Shown one piece after another: positions 1 through 13,469 of a DNA stretch of 64,000 nt. Position 1 is the first letter of the stretch. Each line of letters starts with the position of its first letter. Both the position numbers and the translations under genes were made by a program. The notes below the pieces were generated by a model, which was not told the origin of the DNA, made no database searches, and worked only from the letters and a program-made list of their open reading frames with translations. The stretch comes from Eledone cirrhosa (lineage: Eukaryota), in NCBI GenBank assembly GCA_964016885.1, contig OZ024744.1, positions 37,634,001 to 37,698,000 on the forward strand, given 5' to 3'.

Positions 1-286
1 GAAGCAATAGGAACAGCAATGGAGCAAAATAAAAAAAAAATAATAATAGTAATAACTACGTTAACAACAAAAATAATAAAAATAACAATAACTATAATGA
101 AAAGTATGTCTTCTTTTTTTTTGTGGTGGTGCTGGTGGTGGGGCCAAGGAAATGGTGGAGGAGACATTACAAGGACAAATAAAAGAAACGCTAGAGTTTC
201 ACATAAAATGGTTTGATGCTGTTGTTGGATCTCCGTCAGTTCCACAATGAGTGTTACAGATGTACGGAAAACGGAACACCCTGCTT
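1..286 (-). CDS. Candidate exon 3 (EAGCSVFRTSVTLIVELTEIQQQHQTILCE...), 3' limit unknown
   Basis: aatttcAG acceptor at 287-288. The phase-1 continuation has no stop to the window edge, but the distal part is low-complexity. Confidence 0.3.
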
Positions 287-719
287 CTGAAATTAACATT
301 TAAATGGATAAAAATTCTACAAAAACGTCTACACTTAACGTAGATCTTGATTAAGAATGATTCAGCGTAACACAGTGTGTGTGTGACGAGCAAGTCTCGT
401 TGAATTGTGTGAGACATTTTTGCCAGCTGTGTGGACAGGGTCAACATGTTATAAAGTGCATTGCTCACTGTGGGAAATATATTTCATGACAGACTATCAA
501 GGTCAGTCAAATCCCTCCGCAGATTCAGGATTACCGCCATTACCAAACATTACTAATGTTAATCAGCTGTATTTTCCGGTTTACATGGACATGAAATTAA
601 AACAAAAATTAAAACTACAGCTTAAACCGATGAGGGTTTAACTACACTCTTCTCCTTCTTCAGTCGTCACTCTATCGAAGATGAAGCATTTTGACTAGAA
701 TAAATGCAGTTCACCATAC

Positions 720-791
720 CTGCATACTTGTAGATTTCTCCGCTACCTGGAGCAGTGGTGCCTACCCATTGCCGAATTAATAGCCGATCAT
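720..791 (-). CDS. Candidate 72-nt phase 1-1 exon (DDRLLIRQWVGTTAPGSGEIYKYA)
   Basis: tttcttAG acceptor and AG|GTATGG donor. The length is a multiple of 3 and the exon is open in the frame set by exon 1. Confidence 0.4.
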
Positions 792-856
792 CTAAGAAAC
801 CATTGGTGTTCACGACTCCGACACGCACACACAAACGCACACATACATATATATAT

Positions 857-1017
857 TCCGTGGTTGAATGGTTAGACCATTGGATTCATAAACATGAGAT
901 CGTATGTTCGATTTCCGAACCCTGCTCTGCATTGTGTCCTTGAGCAAAATACTTTATTTTCCGTTGCTCCAGTTCAATCAACTTAAAAAAATGTGTTGCG
1001 ATGTCACTTGTGCCAAG
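857..1017 (+). mobile_element. tRNA-derived CORE-type SINE
   Basis: A-box-like tggttgaatggtt, B-box-like gttcgatttcc, then CORE-like tgtgtccttgagcaaaatacttt. Homologous to 4490-4654. Confidence 0.65.
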
Positions 1018-1216
1018 CTCTTTCAGTCTTTGGCTTTTATTTTCGACAATATCAGTGGAGTGGAGAGTGGAGACTGGTAAGCATCGGCGACTGCTGGTTT
1101 GTGCTTCGGAGAAGAATTTCTACGTTCAAAACGTGACCGAAAATATAAGAAAATATATAATTGAAAAAAGAGAAGAATGACTTCACTGGTGGTTGATGTT
1201 CTTTTATAGTTCATAC

Positions 1217-1265
1217 CTTTACAGTAAATCGTTATTGATAAACTTATTAATATCAATAACGCCAT
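1217..1265 (-). CDS. Candidate coding exon 1 (signal-peptide-like MALLILISLSITIYCK) of an unknown small secreted protein
   Basis: Minus strand reads cctttacAG|TATGGCG...TGTAAAG|GTATGA: 16 codons plus 1 nt (phase 1) with a hydrophobic core. Confidence 0.4.
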
Positions 1266-1686
1266 ACTGTAAAGGTTTGAAATATTAAAGAACTTCAACC
1301 ACCAGTGAAGGCATTCTTCTTCTCTTTTATCAAATATATATATATACATATGTGTGTGTGTGTGTGTGTTACAGTATTGTGGGAAGCTGACGATTCAGAT
1401 AACACTAAAATTCCCTTCTTCTTGTTAGTCTATTCATTTCATCTTTTATTCAACTCTTCGTTTTCCCTCCATAAGTTTTCGTCCCCATGTTTTCCTCTCC
1501 TCCTCCTCCCATCTCACTCTCTCTATTACTTTCTCATTTCTCATCTCATACTTTAGACTCTCTTTCTTCCTCTCTCTCCTATTCTCCGTGCGATTTTAGG
1601 TTATATCTTAAAAATAAATTGCTATACATATAGTATCCAACTTTTTACTGCTCCCTCGCGCTGAGAATACGATAACCTGTTTTCCC

Positions 1687-1751
<65 letters not shown>

Positions 1752-1817
1752 AAAATGGAACGGGAACAAAACAGAGAGGCAGTACGAACAAAGGTTTATT
1801 AGTTTCACGCTCATGAG

Positions 1818-1890
<73 letters not shown>

Positions 1891-1959
1891 ATAGATATAT
1901 ATATATTTATATATATATTTATATATATTTGTATATATATAGATGAGCGACTAAATACG

Positions 1960-2150
1960 CAGATGTATTTTTTCCCCCGTTTTTCCCCTTTACACTTTGT
2001 CCCGTTCCTTCCTCTCATCACTCTTTACTTACTATTTATCTTATATTTCTAACTCTATCTTCTGATGAAGGACTAGTGTCCGAAACATTAAGACTCTATT
2101 CCTGCTATTTCAAGCGTTAAAACAATATATTTCTTCCATGTATTGTGCAC
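1960..2150 (+). mobile_element. Solo Penelope-like 3' terminal fragment carrying a hammerhead motif
   Basis: Homologous to 13965-14105 (taagac...ctgctatttcaagcgttaa). Lies near (TA)n. Confidence 0.5.
2058..2094 (+). ncRNA. Minimal type I hammerhead ribozyme motif
   Basis: tctt-CTGATGA-a-GGAC-tagt-GTCC-GAAAC-aTTA-aga. Confidence 0.65.
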
Positions 2151-2394
2151 ACTTTGTATAATTCATGCAGGGAAACATTATTGATCTCATGTAATCTAGG
2201 GCGGTGGATTGGCAGTATCGTAGATTTGAACTAAAGGTCTTATATATATCCCAATCTATTTAATTCGTTTCACTGATGGTGTAAGAGTTCTGTAAAAGTC
2301 TATAATATAACGCGGTCCACTATAACATGTCGTCACCTAAACATCTGTATAATAACATTGATGGCGTAAGAGTTTTCTTTTCTTTCTGGTAATC

Positions 2395-2560
2395 TGAAGA
2401 CTTTTTGTGGGGAGGGGAAGTCAACTAAATCGATCCCAGTGCCTCACTGGTACTTTATTTTATCGACCCCATAAGGATGAAAGGCAAAGTTAACCTCGGC
2501 GGGATTTGAACTCAGACCACAAAGGGCCGTAACTCTCCCGATACTGACAATCCACCGCTC
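2395..2560 (-). mobile_element. tRNA-derived SINE (Meta-domain-like family)
   Basis: B box gagttcaaatccc followed by gcctttcatccttatggggtcgataaaataaagtacc. More than 10 copies occur in the window. Confidence 0.8.
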
Positions 2561-2683
2561 TTCTGAAGACTATAATAATAAATTACTGATGGAACTATTT
2601 TTTTTATGTACGTTCCTTCTTATTTTTATTACATAATCGAAAGAAATATTTAACTTTATATTAATTTACTATAAACATAAAAT

Positions 2684-2848
2684 AATTGTTTCTACTTTTG
2701 GCACACAGCCACCAATTACCCTAATAAATTACTGGTGCTTTATTTCATCGAACCCGAAAGGCAAAGTAACCCCGACGGGATTTGAACTCAGAACGCAAAG
2801 AGCCATAACTCTAGGTTGCAAATCATGGCGCCAGACGCTCTACCGATA
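2684..2848 (-). mobile_element. tRNA-derived SINE, same family
   Basis: Same B box, central domain and gtagaaacaattat tail. Confidence 0.75.
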
Positions 2849-3528
2849 AAAATAATAATAACTTTCCCTTACATATGCGGTCAATATTTTAATAACCGGG
2901 AAGATATGATATCTGAAAGAAATATGTCATTGTTTCAATGTGTTCGATTAGTTGTCGGTAGAACAGCGTATAATATGGTGGCTGATTTACATAACCGGTG
3001 GAGCATCGGTCAAGATTGTGGCACACTATCAGAATTTATAAACACTCACAACAAATCCCAACATAATCTACTTTAATTTTCATCCTTTCGGAGTTTATAA
3101 CATGATTTCAAATAGTAAGAGAATTGATAAAATTCATTACACTAAGATGTTTTTAAACACGCTGACGGGTATGTATATATGTGTGTGCGTGTGTGTTTGT
3201 GCATATGTATACATTTATATATATGTGAGTATATCAATATAAATAAGCAAACACAGGTACACTTACAAAAACACACACTTACAGACATACATTCATTCAA
3301 ACACTCATACATTCACATAAACACACACATATACACATACTTTTACACAAACACACACACAGCGGAGCAAATGCAACGCCTGTCGTTGTTTTGCTATAGA
3401 TTTTAACCATCTCCTTCCTTTCTTTTACACACGCATACATTCACACAAACACACACACACACACACACATTGAGTGACAGGTGGAAGTCGCACAAACGTT
3501 TTTACAAGTTGTAGTAGTCAGGAAAACA

Positions 3529-3652
3529 AGAAGCCGGGAGAGAATTTCATAGGTGAGATAGAAGCTGGGAGAGAATTCTATAGGTGAGATAGAAGCTGGG
3601 AGAGAATTCTATAGGTGAGATAGAAGCCGGGAGAGAATTCCATAGGTGAGAT
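3529..3652. repeat. 31-bp minisatellite x4
   Basis: agaagcYgggagagaattYYataggtgagat repeated four times. Confidence 0.9.
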
Positions 3653-4489
3653 GTACAAGAGAAGACATTATTAGATTAGAATTTACGATTACATTTAAAA
3701 ACTTCAACTGTAAAGGGTTAAGAACTTGCCGAAAATCTGGTAGAATGTTTAAAATATCAGAAAGAAGTTATGTTTCGGTAAGGAATATGTGTGGAATAAT
3801 ATCGAATTTTATTTATTACGTAACTGGAAGTGTCAAATTCAGTGTGTACTAAATGTATTAAATGCTACAATAAATAAAACAAATTTTGAGAAAAACAGCA
3901 ACATAATTTTTCATTTCGTTTAGTTATTATCGATTTAAAAAAAATAAAATAAAATGAATAAGGCTAATTCAGCAGTTTCTAAAGCAATGACTCAAAGAAA
4001 TGTGGCTGATGTTTTTGATACGTTGGGTAATGATGGCTCACGATATAATTAATGGCATTGTCACATCAGTGTTACATAGTATAAAGTAACCCCACAACAC
4101 ACCATTACACCCTACTCATGTAAATACTACGCTGTTTAATCTGATGCAAAGCATTGCTTCTTTTTCTTCTCTATGTGAATGCGTTCAGTGGCAAGGCGAC
4201 ATTTTTATAACTGCATACAAATATAATTTGATTGAAACAACCTAAAATCAAATAACAGTGTTCTAGATAAAAATAAAATAACAGTGTTCTAGATAAAAAT
4301 GGAAATAATAGTGTTCTAGATAAAAATGAAAACTGAAACAGTGTGAAATTAATTGAAGTCTGGTGTCTAATTAATCCATATATATATATGTGTGTGTCGG
4401 TGTGTGTGTGTGACAGCTCACACCTATGCAGGTTTAGCTGGCCTCCTCGAACGTATATCTCGTTGGAGGTGTCTTGAGTAATCTAATGA

Positions 4490-4654
4490 TATGGACGCCA
4501 GTCCCTATCTTCTCATTTCTACAGCTGAGTAAACTGGAGCAACTTGAAATAAAGTGTCTTGCTCAAGGAAACAACACATCACCAGGTCCGAGACTTGAAC
4601 TCACAACCTTTCGATTGCAAGCCTAATGGTCTAACAACTGAGCCATGCGCCTTC
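4490..4654 (-). mobile_element. tRNA-derived CORE-type SINE
   Basis: Reverse strand reads ggcgcatggctcagttgttagacc...gagttcaagtctc...tgtttccttgagcaagacacttt. Confidence 0.7.
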
Positions 4655-4769
4655 ACATATATACCCGGCTATTATTGAAACAAACCGGATATCTATATTA
4701 GAAAATAACTTTACCTACAGCATGAATAATGCAAAAGAATAGTGTCTTATAAACATATTGCACAAACAT

Positions 4770-5053
4770 AATAACCACACCAATAACAACAACAACGTGA
4801 TATCAAAAACAACATAATAACAATAAAAACAACACAACATGACAACAACAACAACACCAACAACAAAACACAACGCCACCACCAACAACAACAACATCAC
4901 AACAACAACACCAACAACAACAAAACAACATCACAACAACAACACAACCAACAACAACATAACAACACAACATCACAACACCAACACAACATCACCACCA
5001 ACAACAACACCAACACCAACAACACCACCACCAACAAACAACACTAACAACAA

Positions 5054-5085
<32 letters not shown>

Positions 5086-5475
5086 CAACAACAACACAAC
5101 AAATAACAACATCACACCAACAACAACAAAACAACATCACAACAGCAACACCAACACCACCAACAACAACAACACCACCACCAACAACGCTAACAACAAG
5201 ACCACCACCAGCAACAACAACACAACGACATCACAACAACAACACAACCAACAACAACATCACAACAACAACATCACAACAACAACAACGCCAACAACAA
5301 CAAAACAACATCACAACAACAACACCAACAACAACATAACAACACCACCACCAACAGCAACAACATAGCAACAACACCACCACCAACAACAACACAACAA
5401 CAATACGACCAACAACAGAACAACAACATCACAACAACAACAGCATCACAACAACAACACCAACAACAACAACAT
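4770..5475. repeat. Degenerate (AAC)n low-complexity tract
   Basis: Almost pure A/C triplet repeats with phase shifts. Confidence 0.9.
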
Positions 5476-5615
5476 AGTATATAATATACCGTAAGCAATA
5501 CCGTCTACAGTAACTTTCTTCCGTCCACGGTAAATGTAACATTTATAGAAAAATATCACCAATGAGACCATAACAATGGCGTATGTTGGCACAAATGTAG
5601 TATTAACTGATTTGT

Positions 5616-5673
<58 letters not shown>

Positions 5674-5768
5674 TACCTTAGTAATGATTACTAATTAATC
5701 ATCAGTCTGTTTGCTACAGAAAAAGCGACACAACATCCCAGCAAATATACACAACATATATTTTAACG

Positions 5769-5769
<1 letters not shown>

Positions 5770-5865
<96 letters not shown>

Positions 5866-5866
5866 G

Positions 5867-5941
<75 letters not shown>
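5770..5941. repeat. (CA)n-(TA)n compound microsatellite, representative of many in the window
   Basis: Direct reading of the sequence. Confidence 0.95.
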
Positions 5942-5945
<4 letters not shown>

Positions 5946-6346
5946 GTTTCTACTTTTAGCACAAGGTTATATTAACGGCTGAGCAACGTAATTTGCATAT
6001 CGTGTGAGTTATGCAAACTAAACTGCTCAGCTGTTAATATGCATAAGGAAAGTATATAACTTCAAACGTTCAATCGATTGACAGGAAGGTATCCGGTGCT
6101 GATGACAGCTAAGAAGCGAGACACTAGTTCATCGTTCCTTTGTCAGTGTTGAACAAAAGGGCAACGATGGTTGCCAAACACTGTACGGCTAATAATTCGG
6201 GCTGTTTGCTTACAAACAAACCGAGCATTATAATAAATGTTCCGTAAACCCATACGTACATATATATATGTGTGGATGTATGTATGTATATACATACGAC
6301 TGTACGTCTGTATACATATATGTATGTACGTATACATACTTATATT

Positions 6347-6432
<86 letters not shown>

Positions 6433-6457
6433 TAAGTATGTATATATATCTATATAC

Positions 6458-6506
<49 letters not shown>

Positions 6507-6550
6507 TATGTATATATATCTCTCTCTATATACATATATATACATATATA

Positions 6551-8745
6551 TGGAGGAAGTTATAGTTCACTTGAAGCATTGTGTAATGAGGTATAAACGT
6601 TTGTATATGTATAATAAAGACAAAACAATGCAGGTATGGACATAGAATAAAGAATGCAAATGCAAAAGATATTGTTGACAATTAGTCTTTTACCTTAGAT
6701 TTATTTAAATGTCCTTAATTTTCGAGATAATACCTCTTCCTCGGAGGGAAGTAAATCGGATAAACCAGTGTTCTAAATAGCTTGCCAAGTCATGCTGACA
6801 GAAAATGGTATAGAGTATCTGTTCTATCTCTAATGTCAAAGAGTTAAGGTTAGGTGGATACAGAGTAGTCTCCCTTTAAGAGGGTTTTTTGTACATGCTT
6901 GTTTAAGTGTGTGGGAGAATGTGTGAGGTGTAAGTATGTGTGTGTGTGTGAGTGTGAGAAGATATGTCTATACGGAAATGTGGGGGGGGGTACATGTCAT
7001 CTTGTGTTAGAACTGGTCTTTGTGTGTGTATGTGTGTGTCAGAGAGAATAAGTGGAGGTGAAATCGCGCGCGCACGCGTGTGTGCGTGTGTGCGTGCGTG
7101 TGTGTGTGAGTGTGTGTGGGAGGGGGGCGGTAAATATGGGGCTAGAAGCTCTATCAAGTTATAAATTGGGTATTGAGTTCTAGTCTATTATTGATTGGTG
7201 GTTGTGTTTTGTCTATAATTAGTGCTTCCTTAATTCTAAGATTGCCGAGGTTTCTTTCCTTAGTTTCTATCTTAACTGTTATGGTTTTGTCGGTGTTTTT
7301 GCTTTTAACTAGGTGTTTCTTAAATGAGGAAGCGTTAGTATTGAGGTGTTCTTTTATTCTTTTGTGGAGTGGTCTGGTGCTGCTACTTATGTAGAAGTTG
7401 TTGTATTTGTCGCACTCTAGTCTGTATACGACGTAAGCCTGGTGGCATATGTCTGTGTCGTCGATGGGGAAGTTGGCTAGCCTGCAACGGTTGTCACGTC
7501 TAGTGGAGTGTATTTTGGTTAGCTGTCCGCGTAGAGAAGGACCTGAGTGGGCCAGTTGGATATCTAGACCCTCTCGTCTGATAGCTCTGCCGATGGCTGT
7601 TGTTGTTTCGTCACTGAAGTGTGGCAGCTTCAGGAAGCAAGTGTTAGTGCCTCGGATGTGGAGTCCTCTGTTCTTTCTGGCACGGTTTGTGGTGAATGTC
7701 GTGTATCCGTTCAGCTTGAGTACTTCCAGGAAATGTGTGATGTGTGTGTCTCGGTCTCTAGCGTCGGTGCATTTGTTCCGGATACGTGTTAATTCGTTCC
7801 TTATGTATCCGAACTTAGCGCTGGCTTGGAGGGCCGATCTGAAATGTACGAACAGGTCCCTGATGGCGGCATTTTTTTAGAAGCAAGTGTGGATGTTGTC
7901 TTCCTCTGTTACCCTGAGTTGGAAGTCCGGTAGGGATAGGGATCCGCGGTCATCGGGGTGTTCCATGCTGAACTTTATACTGGCGTCCATGCTGGAGAAT
8001 GTCATGTATATTATATCCGTCTCCTCACTGGATGATGTAAGGATGAGTATGTCATCTACATATCGAGTGAAGAATGTATGGGAATGGCAGGTGTTGAGGG
8101 CTCGGCATTCTAGCTGGTTCATATAGGTGATGGCCAGCAGGCCCGATAGGCTGGATCCCATCGGTAATCCTGTTGTCTGTCTGTATGTGTGGTGGTGGAA
8201 GGTGAAGTACGTGTTGTCCACTGTGAAGGACAAAAGCTGGTATATATCCGTCGGATGGAGGCGGTAGCAGTGGATGTCCTCTGCGACCACGCAGTCCGTC
8301 AATAAATCGACCGAGGCTAAAAGCGCATCTATTTAGTTTAAGTTGTTCTGGCTGGAGTTGGTGTAGTCTACGTATAACTTCGTCGGAGCTACTGACATGC
8401 CCGGGAAAGGTGGAGAGTAGACGCTTGAGGATCTGGGAGAGGAGCCAGAAAATGTTGTATATGGGCCCTCTATGCTAGAGACGATGGGTCTTATTTGTGT
8501 CTTAGTACTATTCTTGTGGGTCTTGATGAGGTGGTAGAAAGTGGGCAGTCTGCTATTTCTAGTGGTGTAGTTGAGCTTAACTTTATTTGGGAGTTGTCTT
8601 CTCTTACAGATGTGGAACCAGATGGAGTTGGTTTGTTTTTCGATCTGGGCTGCAGTCATGTCCGGGATCTTTGTATATAGTTCATTGTCGCTTAGGTGTT
8701 CAAAGGCTAGGTTGTTGTATGTGGCTTGGGAGATGACGCAAAACT
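6551..8745 (-). mobile_element. 5'-truncated, frameshifted Penelope-like retroelement (RT plus GIY-YIG)
   Basis: RT motifs IKTHK..IRPIVS, QTTGLPMGSSLS and FTRYVDD. GIY-YIG segment YVVYRLECDKYNNFYISSSTRPLHKRIKEHL at about 7330-7450. Homologous to 33290-36255. Confidence 0.9.
6712..6748 (-). ncRNA. Variant minimal hammerhead motif in the Penelope 3' end
   Basis: cct-CCGAGGA-a-GAGGTA-t-TATCTC-GAAA-ATTA-agg. Confidence 0.5.
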
Positions 8746-9129
8746 GAGTTTTGCAAATAAAGTCTGCACATATGTTCCAACACCATCTCTTGCAATGTCA
8801 AGTAGCCAATTTAGAAATTATCATCATTGTTATTAGTATCATTACTAATGCTATTATTTTGGAGTGGTATTTATTCAGGGGGGAAGATAGTCAAGATGAA
8901 TAGAACGCAGGGTACCATGTTTTTCAACATAGAGTTGCATTTATGCATACAAACATTCATACATACAGACATATATACAGACATACATACATGCTTATAT
9001 ACATACATACATATGTACATACATACATATGTACATACATTCATATATAAATTCATACATTCCTATATACATAAATGTATGCATACATACATACACACAT
9101 ACATACATATATACATACATACATACATA

Positions 9130-9350
9130 CATGGTGGCTGCCAACTCGTTTTCGAGTACGGCTACTACTTTATATCCATGTAGGAGAACTCCTACCGATG
9201 CGCTGAACGAATGTGACTTTAGTCCAGCCAGCGACTTGAAAACTCTGGTACAAACACTACACTTGTGACAATTATTGACACATAGTGCTGGGCCCATGGT
9301 ACCATGTGACGACAAGTGCAGAGAGATCTCCAGCTATAAAGCAAAGCTTC
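9130..9350 (-). mobile_element. 3' part of an RTE-derived non-autonomous element with a (TATG)n tail
   Basis: Near-identical to 38535-38745 and 40450-40659. Encodes the C2H2-like remnant CSVCTRVFKSLAGLKSH. Confidence 0.75.
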
Positions 9351-9382
9351 ACATACATATATACAGACATACATACATACAT

Positions 9383-10260
9383 AAATTGACCAATTTACAG
9401 AAACAGTTGTGCATGGATACTTGAGGCGTAAAACACAGACCATAGAGGGGATAAACCACTCAAAAAGCCTGGCATGGAGTTCCGACAAGTTTATGTCATC
9501 ACACCTTGAGGGATATCTCTATGCAATACAGGAACAATAACTCCCTACCAAATATCTGCTGCACAAAAGAGGAGGGACAGCAGCTGTCAATAAATGTAGG
9601 CTATGTAAAACAAAGATCAAGGATGTAAGCCACATTGTTGCCAGCTGCGAAAGAATGTCATCTCGCTACTACCTCCCCATGAGACACGGTGGGATAGCTA
9701 GAACCATCTGGAACGCACTTCGGAAAACAAAATTAACAACAAACGAGGAGGAATATATTGAGACAGATGGCACTAAGGAATACTGGTGGAACCTGAAAAT
9801 AAAAACTGCCACCAAATTAAAGCACAACCGGCCTGATATTGTTGTTTGGGACCACACATTGAAAACGTATTATGTTGTGGAGATCAGCTACCCACTTGAT
9901 GTAAACGTTGTCAGAAAAATACAGGAGAAGGAAGACATTTACGGACCATTGATGAGAAGTTTACAAATCCAGTATCCAAGATACACCTTTAGCTTCATAC
10001 CCATCATTATTGGAGCTACGGGTTATATACCAACCCGCTTGGACCAAAGTATGACTTAACTTTGATTTGCGGACAAAAAGCGCAGCTCCCTAATTCATAG
10101 TCCACAAATTGCTGCGATAGCTGGCACCTTCAAAATTTGCAAAACATTCTTGCGATTCAAGAGATGACAATTTCTTTCCTTTTACAACCTTGCCACCAGG
10201 AAGGTGGCCGGTCAAAAAAATATACTCGAAATTAAGAGAAAGAGATACATACACATGAAC
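9383..10260 (+). mobile_element. 5'-truncated R4-like RLE non-LTR retrotransposon in (CATA)n
   Basis: Zinc knuckle CRLCK...HIVASC and RLE motifs RH(G/D), NRPDIVVWD, VVEIS, IPIIIGATG. Confidence 0.85.
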
Positions 10261-10531
10261 GAGTACATACACAAAATGTATCATCTATATATCTAAATAC
10301 TGATGGTCGTGTGAGTGTTTTGATGAAAAAATAATTCAAATTTTCAATGTCATAGGGACCGCATTAGGTGTCGGTTAGCGATCTCTCTCTCTCTCTCTCT
10401 TTCTTAGTCTGTATTTTTAGATAGATATATAGCTATAACGTCGCGCCCTTATAATATCTGTTTGTATGTCTGTTTGTCTGCATTACGACATTATGACACT
10501 ATCTGTGTGTGTGTATATACATGTATATATA

Positions 10532-11470
<939 letters not shown>

Positions 11471-11935
11471 GTTATATATATATATATATATAACGTCTTT
11501 CGAAATATTTACTTCTGCGTTCACAGACTTATTTTTTTAGTTTCAGAAGATCCCGTTAAGGGTGAAAGCAGCGATTTTTTGCTTAAACTTTAATCTGTTA
11601 TTTTAATATATATATATATAATATATATTTGTGTACAGATATTTTTGGATACACAATAACAAAATATAAACAAACGTATTTATTTCAGGAGGCTCAATAA
11701 GGATAAATATATATCAAATATATAAGAACCTTAGAGCAAATATAGTTTTCTTTGTTGGCGTATTATCTTCGCTATTTTCCGTTCATTGCCAGGAAACGTC
11801 TTCACGAACCAAAGTATCGTCTTCCTGTTTTCCTTCGGCTGCAACGTTTTTCGAAGTATTCATGTTCAGATATTTTTGCATGCTTCTCTGTACTGTTTCA
11901 GAAAGGAGGGATAAACATGCCAATCTATGTTTAGA

Positions 11936-11966
11936 ATCCCGAGCAACGCCGGGCCATTCTGCTAGT
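11936..11966 (+). mobile_element. Helitron/HINE-like 3' terminus
   Basis: Hairpin cccgagcaacgccggg followed by CTAG|T. Confidence 0.45.
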
Positions 11967-12554
11967 TAGATGTAAATTGATACATTTTACGGAACTCTCT
12001 GATTCAAATCAAGCTGGTACCACAATGCCCTTCATTGAAGTTTATCCACCAACCCACTACCACTGATGGAGATAGAATTGTCAGCTAAATCAGCTGTAAA
12101 CAACACACAGTAATTTAGCTTAAATTCATATCCATACCTATACACTGTAAAGAGGAAAACACCGAAGCTTGGGGCGCCTTACAAGTGATGTGGGATGATA
12201 TGTTTCAACAGGTCCTCAACCTTAATTTTAGTGACAGATCAGAGAACATTAGTATAAATAAATAATTCACTAAACTAGAAATGAAAGCAGTCAGTGAAAT
12301 AGCAGACAATTATCTATAGGCCACACAGTCCAGATGAATGAAAACCGCCGCAACTATTAACCTTTTCATATGTCTCAACTATCATATTGCTAACGTAGCG
12401 TAAAGAGCTGAAACCACACAATAGATATACAAGTAGAATGCCTGAACCAGCAAGGGTGTGTAACTCAAAATATAAAACTTTAGAAGTATCTCGCAGATAG
12501 TTATTACGAAATTTAAGGGAACAATTTCTTATAACGTTTTTATGCAGGAAGAAA

Positions 12555-12737
12555 TAATTGTTTCTACTTTAGGCACAAGGCCAGCAATTATCCCAGAGCA
12601 TTACATGTACTTTATTTTATCGACCCCGTAAGGATGAAAGGCAAAGTTAACCTCGGCGGGATTTGAACTCAGAACGTAAAGAGCCATAACTCTATGCTGT
12701 AAAGCATGGTGTCTGACGCTCTACCGATACTGCCAGT
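12555..12737 (-). mobile_element. tRNA-derived SINE (Meta-like family)
   Basis: Matches the family consensus. Confidence 0.85.
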
Positions 12738-13469
12738 TAATGTGACAGGATAATTCGGGTTTTGTGTGGGTTTTTCTCTGGTATTCCCCTAAAGTACAGT
12801 ATTTTCCTGTTGGGGAACATTCCCTAGTTGACATTTGTTATTGTTTGTATTGTTATGATTATTTGTTTACAATTTTTGTTATTGATATACCTACTATTGT
12901 CATTCTGTTTATGACTTTTCACTTTTCTCAATGTAAACCATACGCTATTTCGGTTTTCCGCCCTTGTATAGTTTCAAAAGAAATCGATCGTTTTTACTGG
13001 AACATTCCACCAGTACTTTTTCATATGTATGTATGTCTATATGTATGTATGATTTAATGTATGTATATATTAATGTATGAATTTATATATGTATGTATAT
13101 ATGTATGTATTATGTATGTTTTTCTGGTTTTAAAATGTCACAAATTTTTACCAATAGAGAGACAGTCGGTTTCTAACATAGTTACAAGACTCTCTCATTG
13201 CCATGCATAGACATTTGTATACATACATACTTACACCAATACATACATAAATACATACATACATATATACACAGACAGACATGCATAAAATCACGCATAC
13301 ATACGAACATACATCCATATACACATACATACATAGACATGCATGAATTACACAGCATCAACTAGGTAGATATGTCTGCATGTATGCATGCATGTGTATG
13401 CAGGTATGGATGTTATTATATGTTTGCATGTGTATATGCTTTGTATCTGTACATGTGTATATGCATTTA

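Noticed and set aside
3529-3652. 31-bp repeats as a CRISPR array
   Set aside because: The repeats are directly adjacent with no spacers, no cas genes are present, and the context is eukaryotic.
5711-6596. [10 protein letters not shown] and VCVC ORFs here and throughout the window
   Set aside because: They are translations of (TA)n, (CA)n and (CATA)n microsatellites, which lack stops in several frames.
11540-11575. Hammerhead-like cagaaga-tccc..ggg-tgaaag
   Set aside because: The core is mutated and stems I and III are not convincing.
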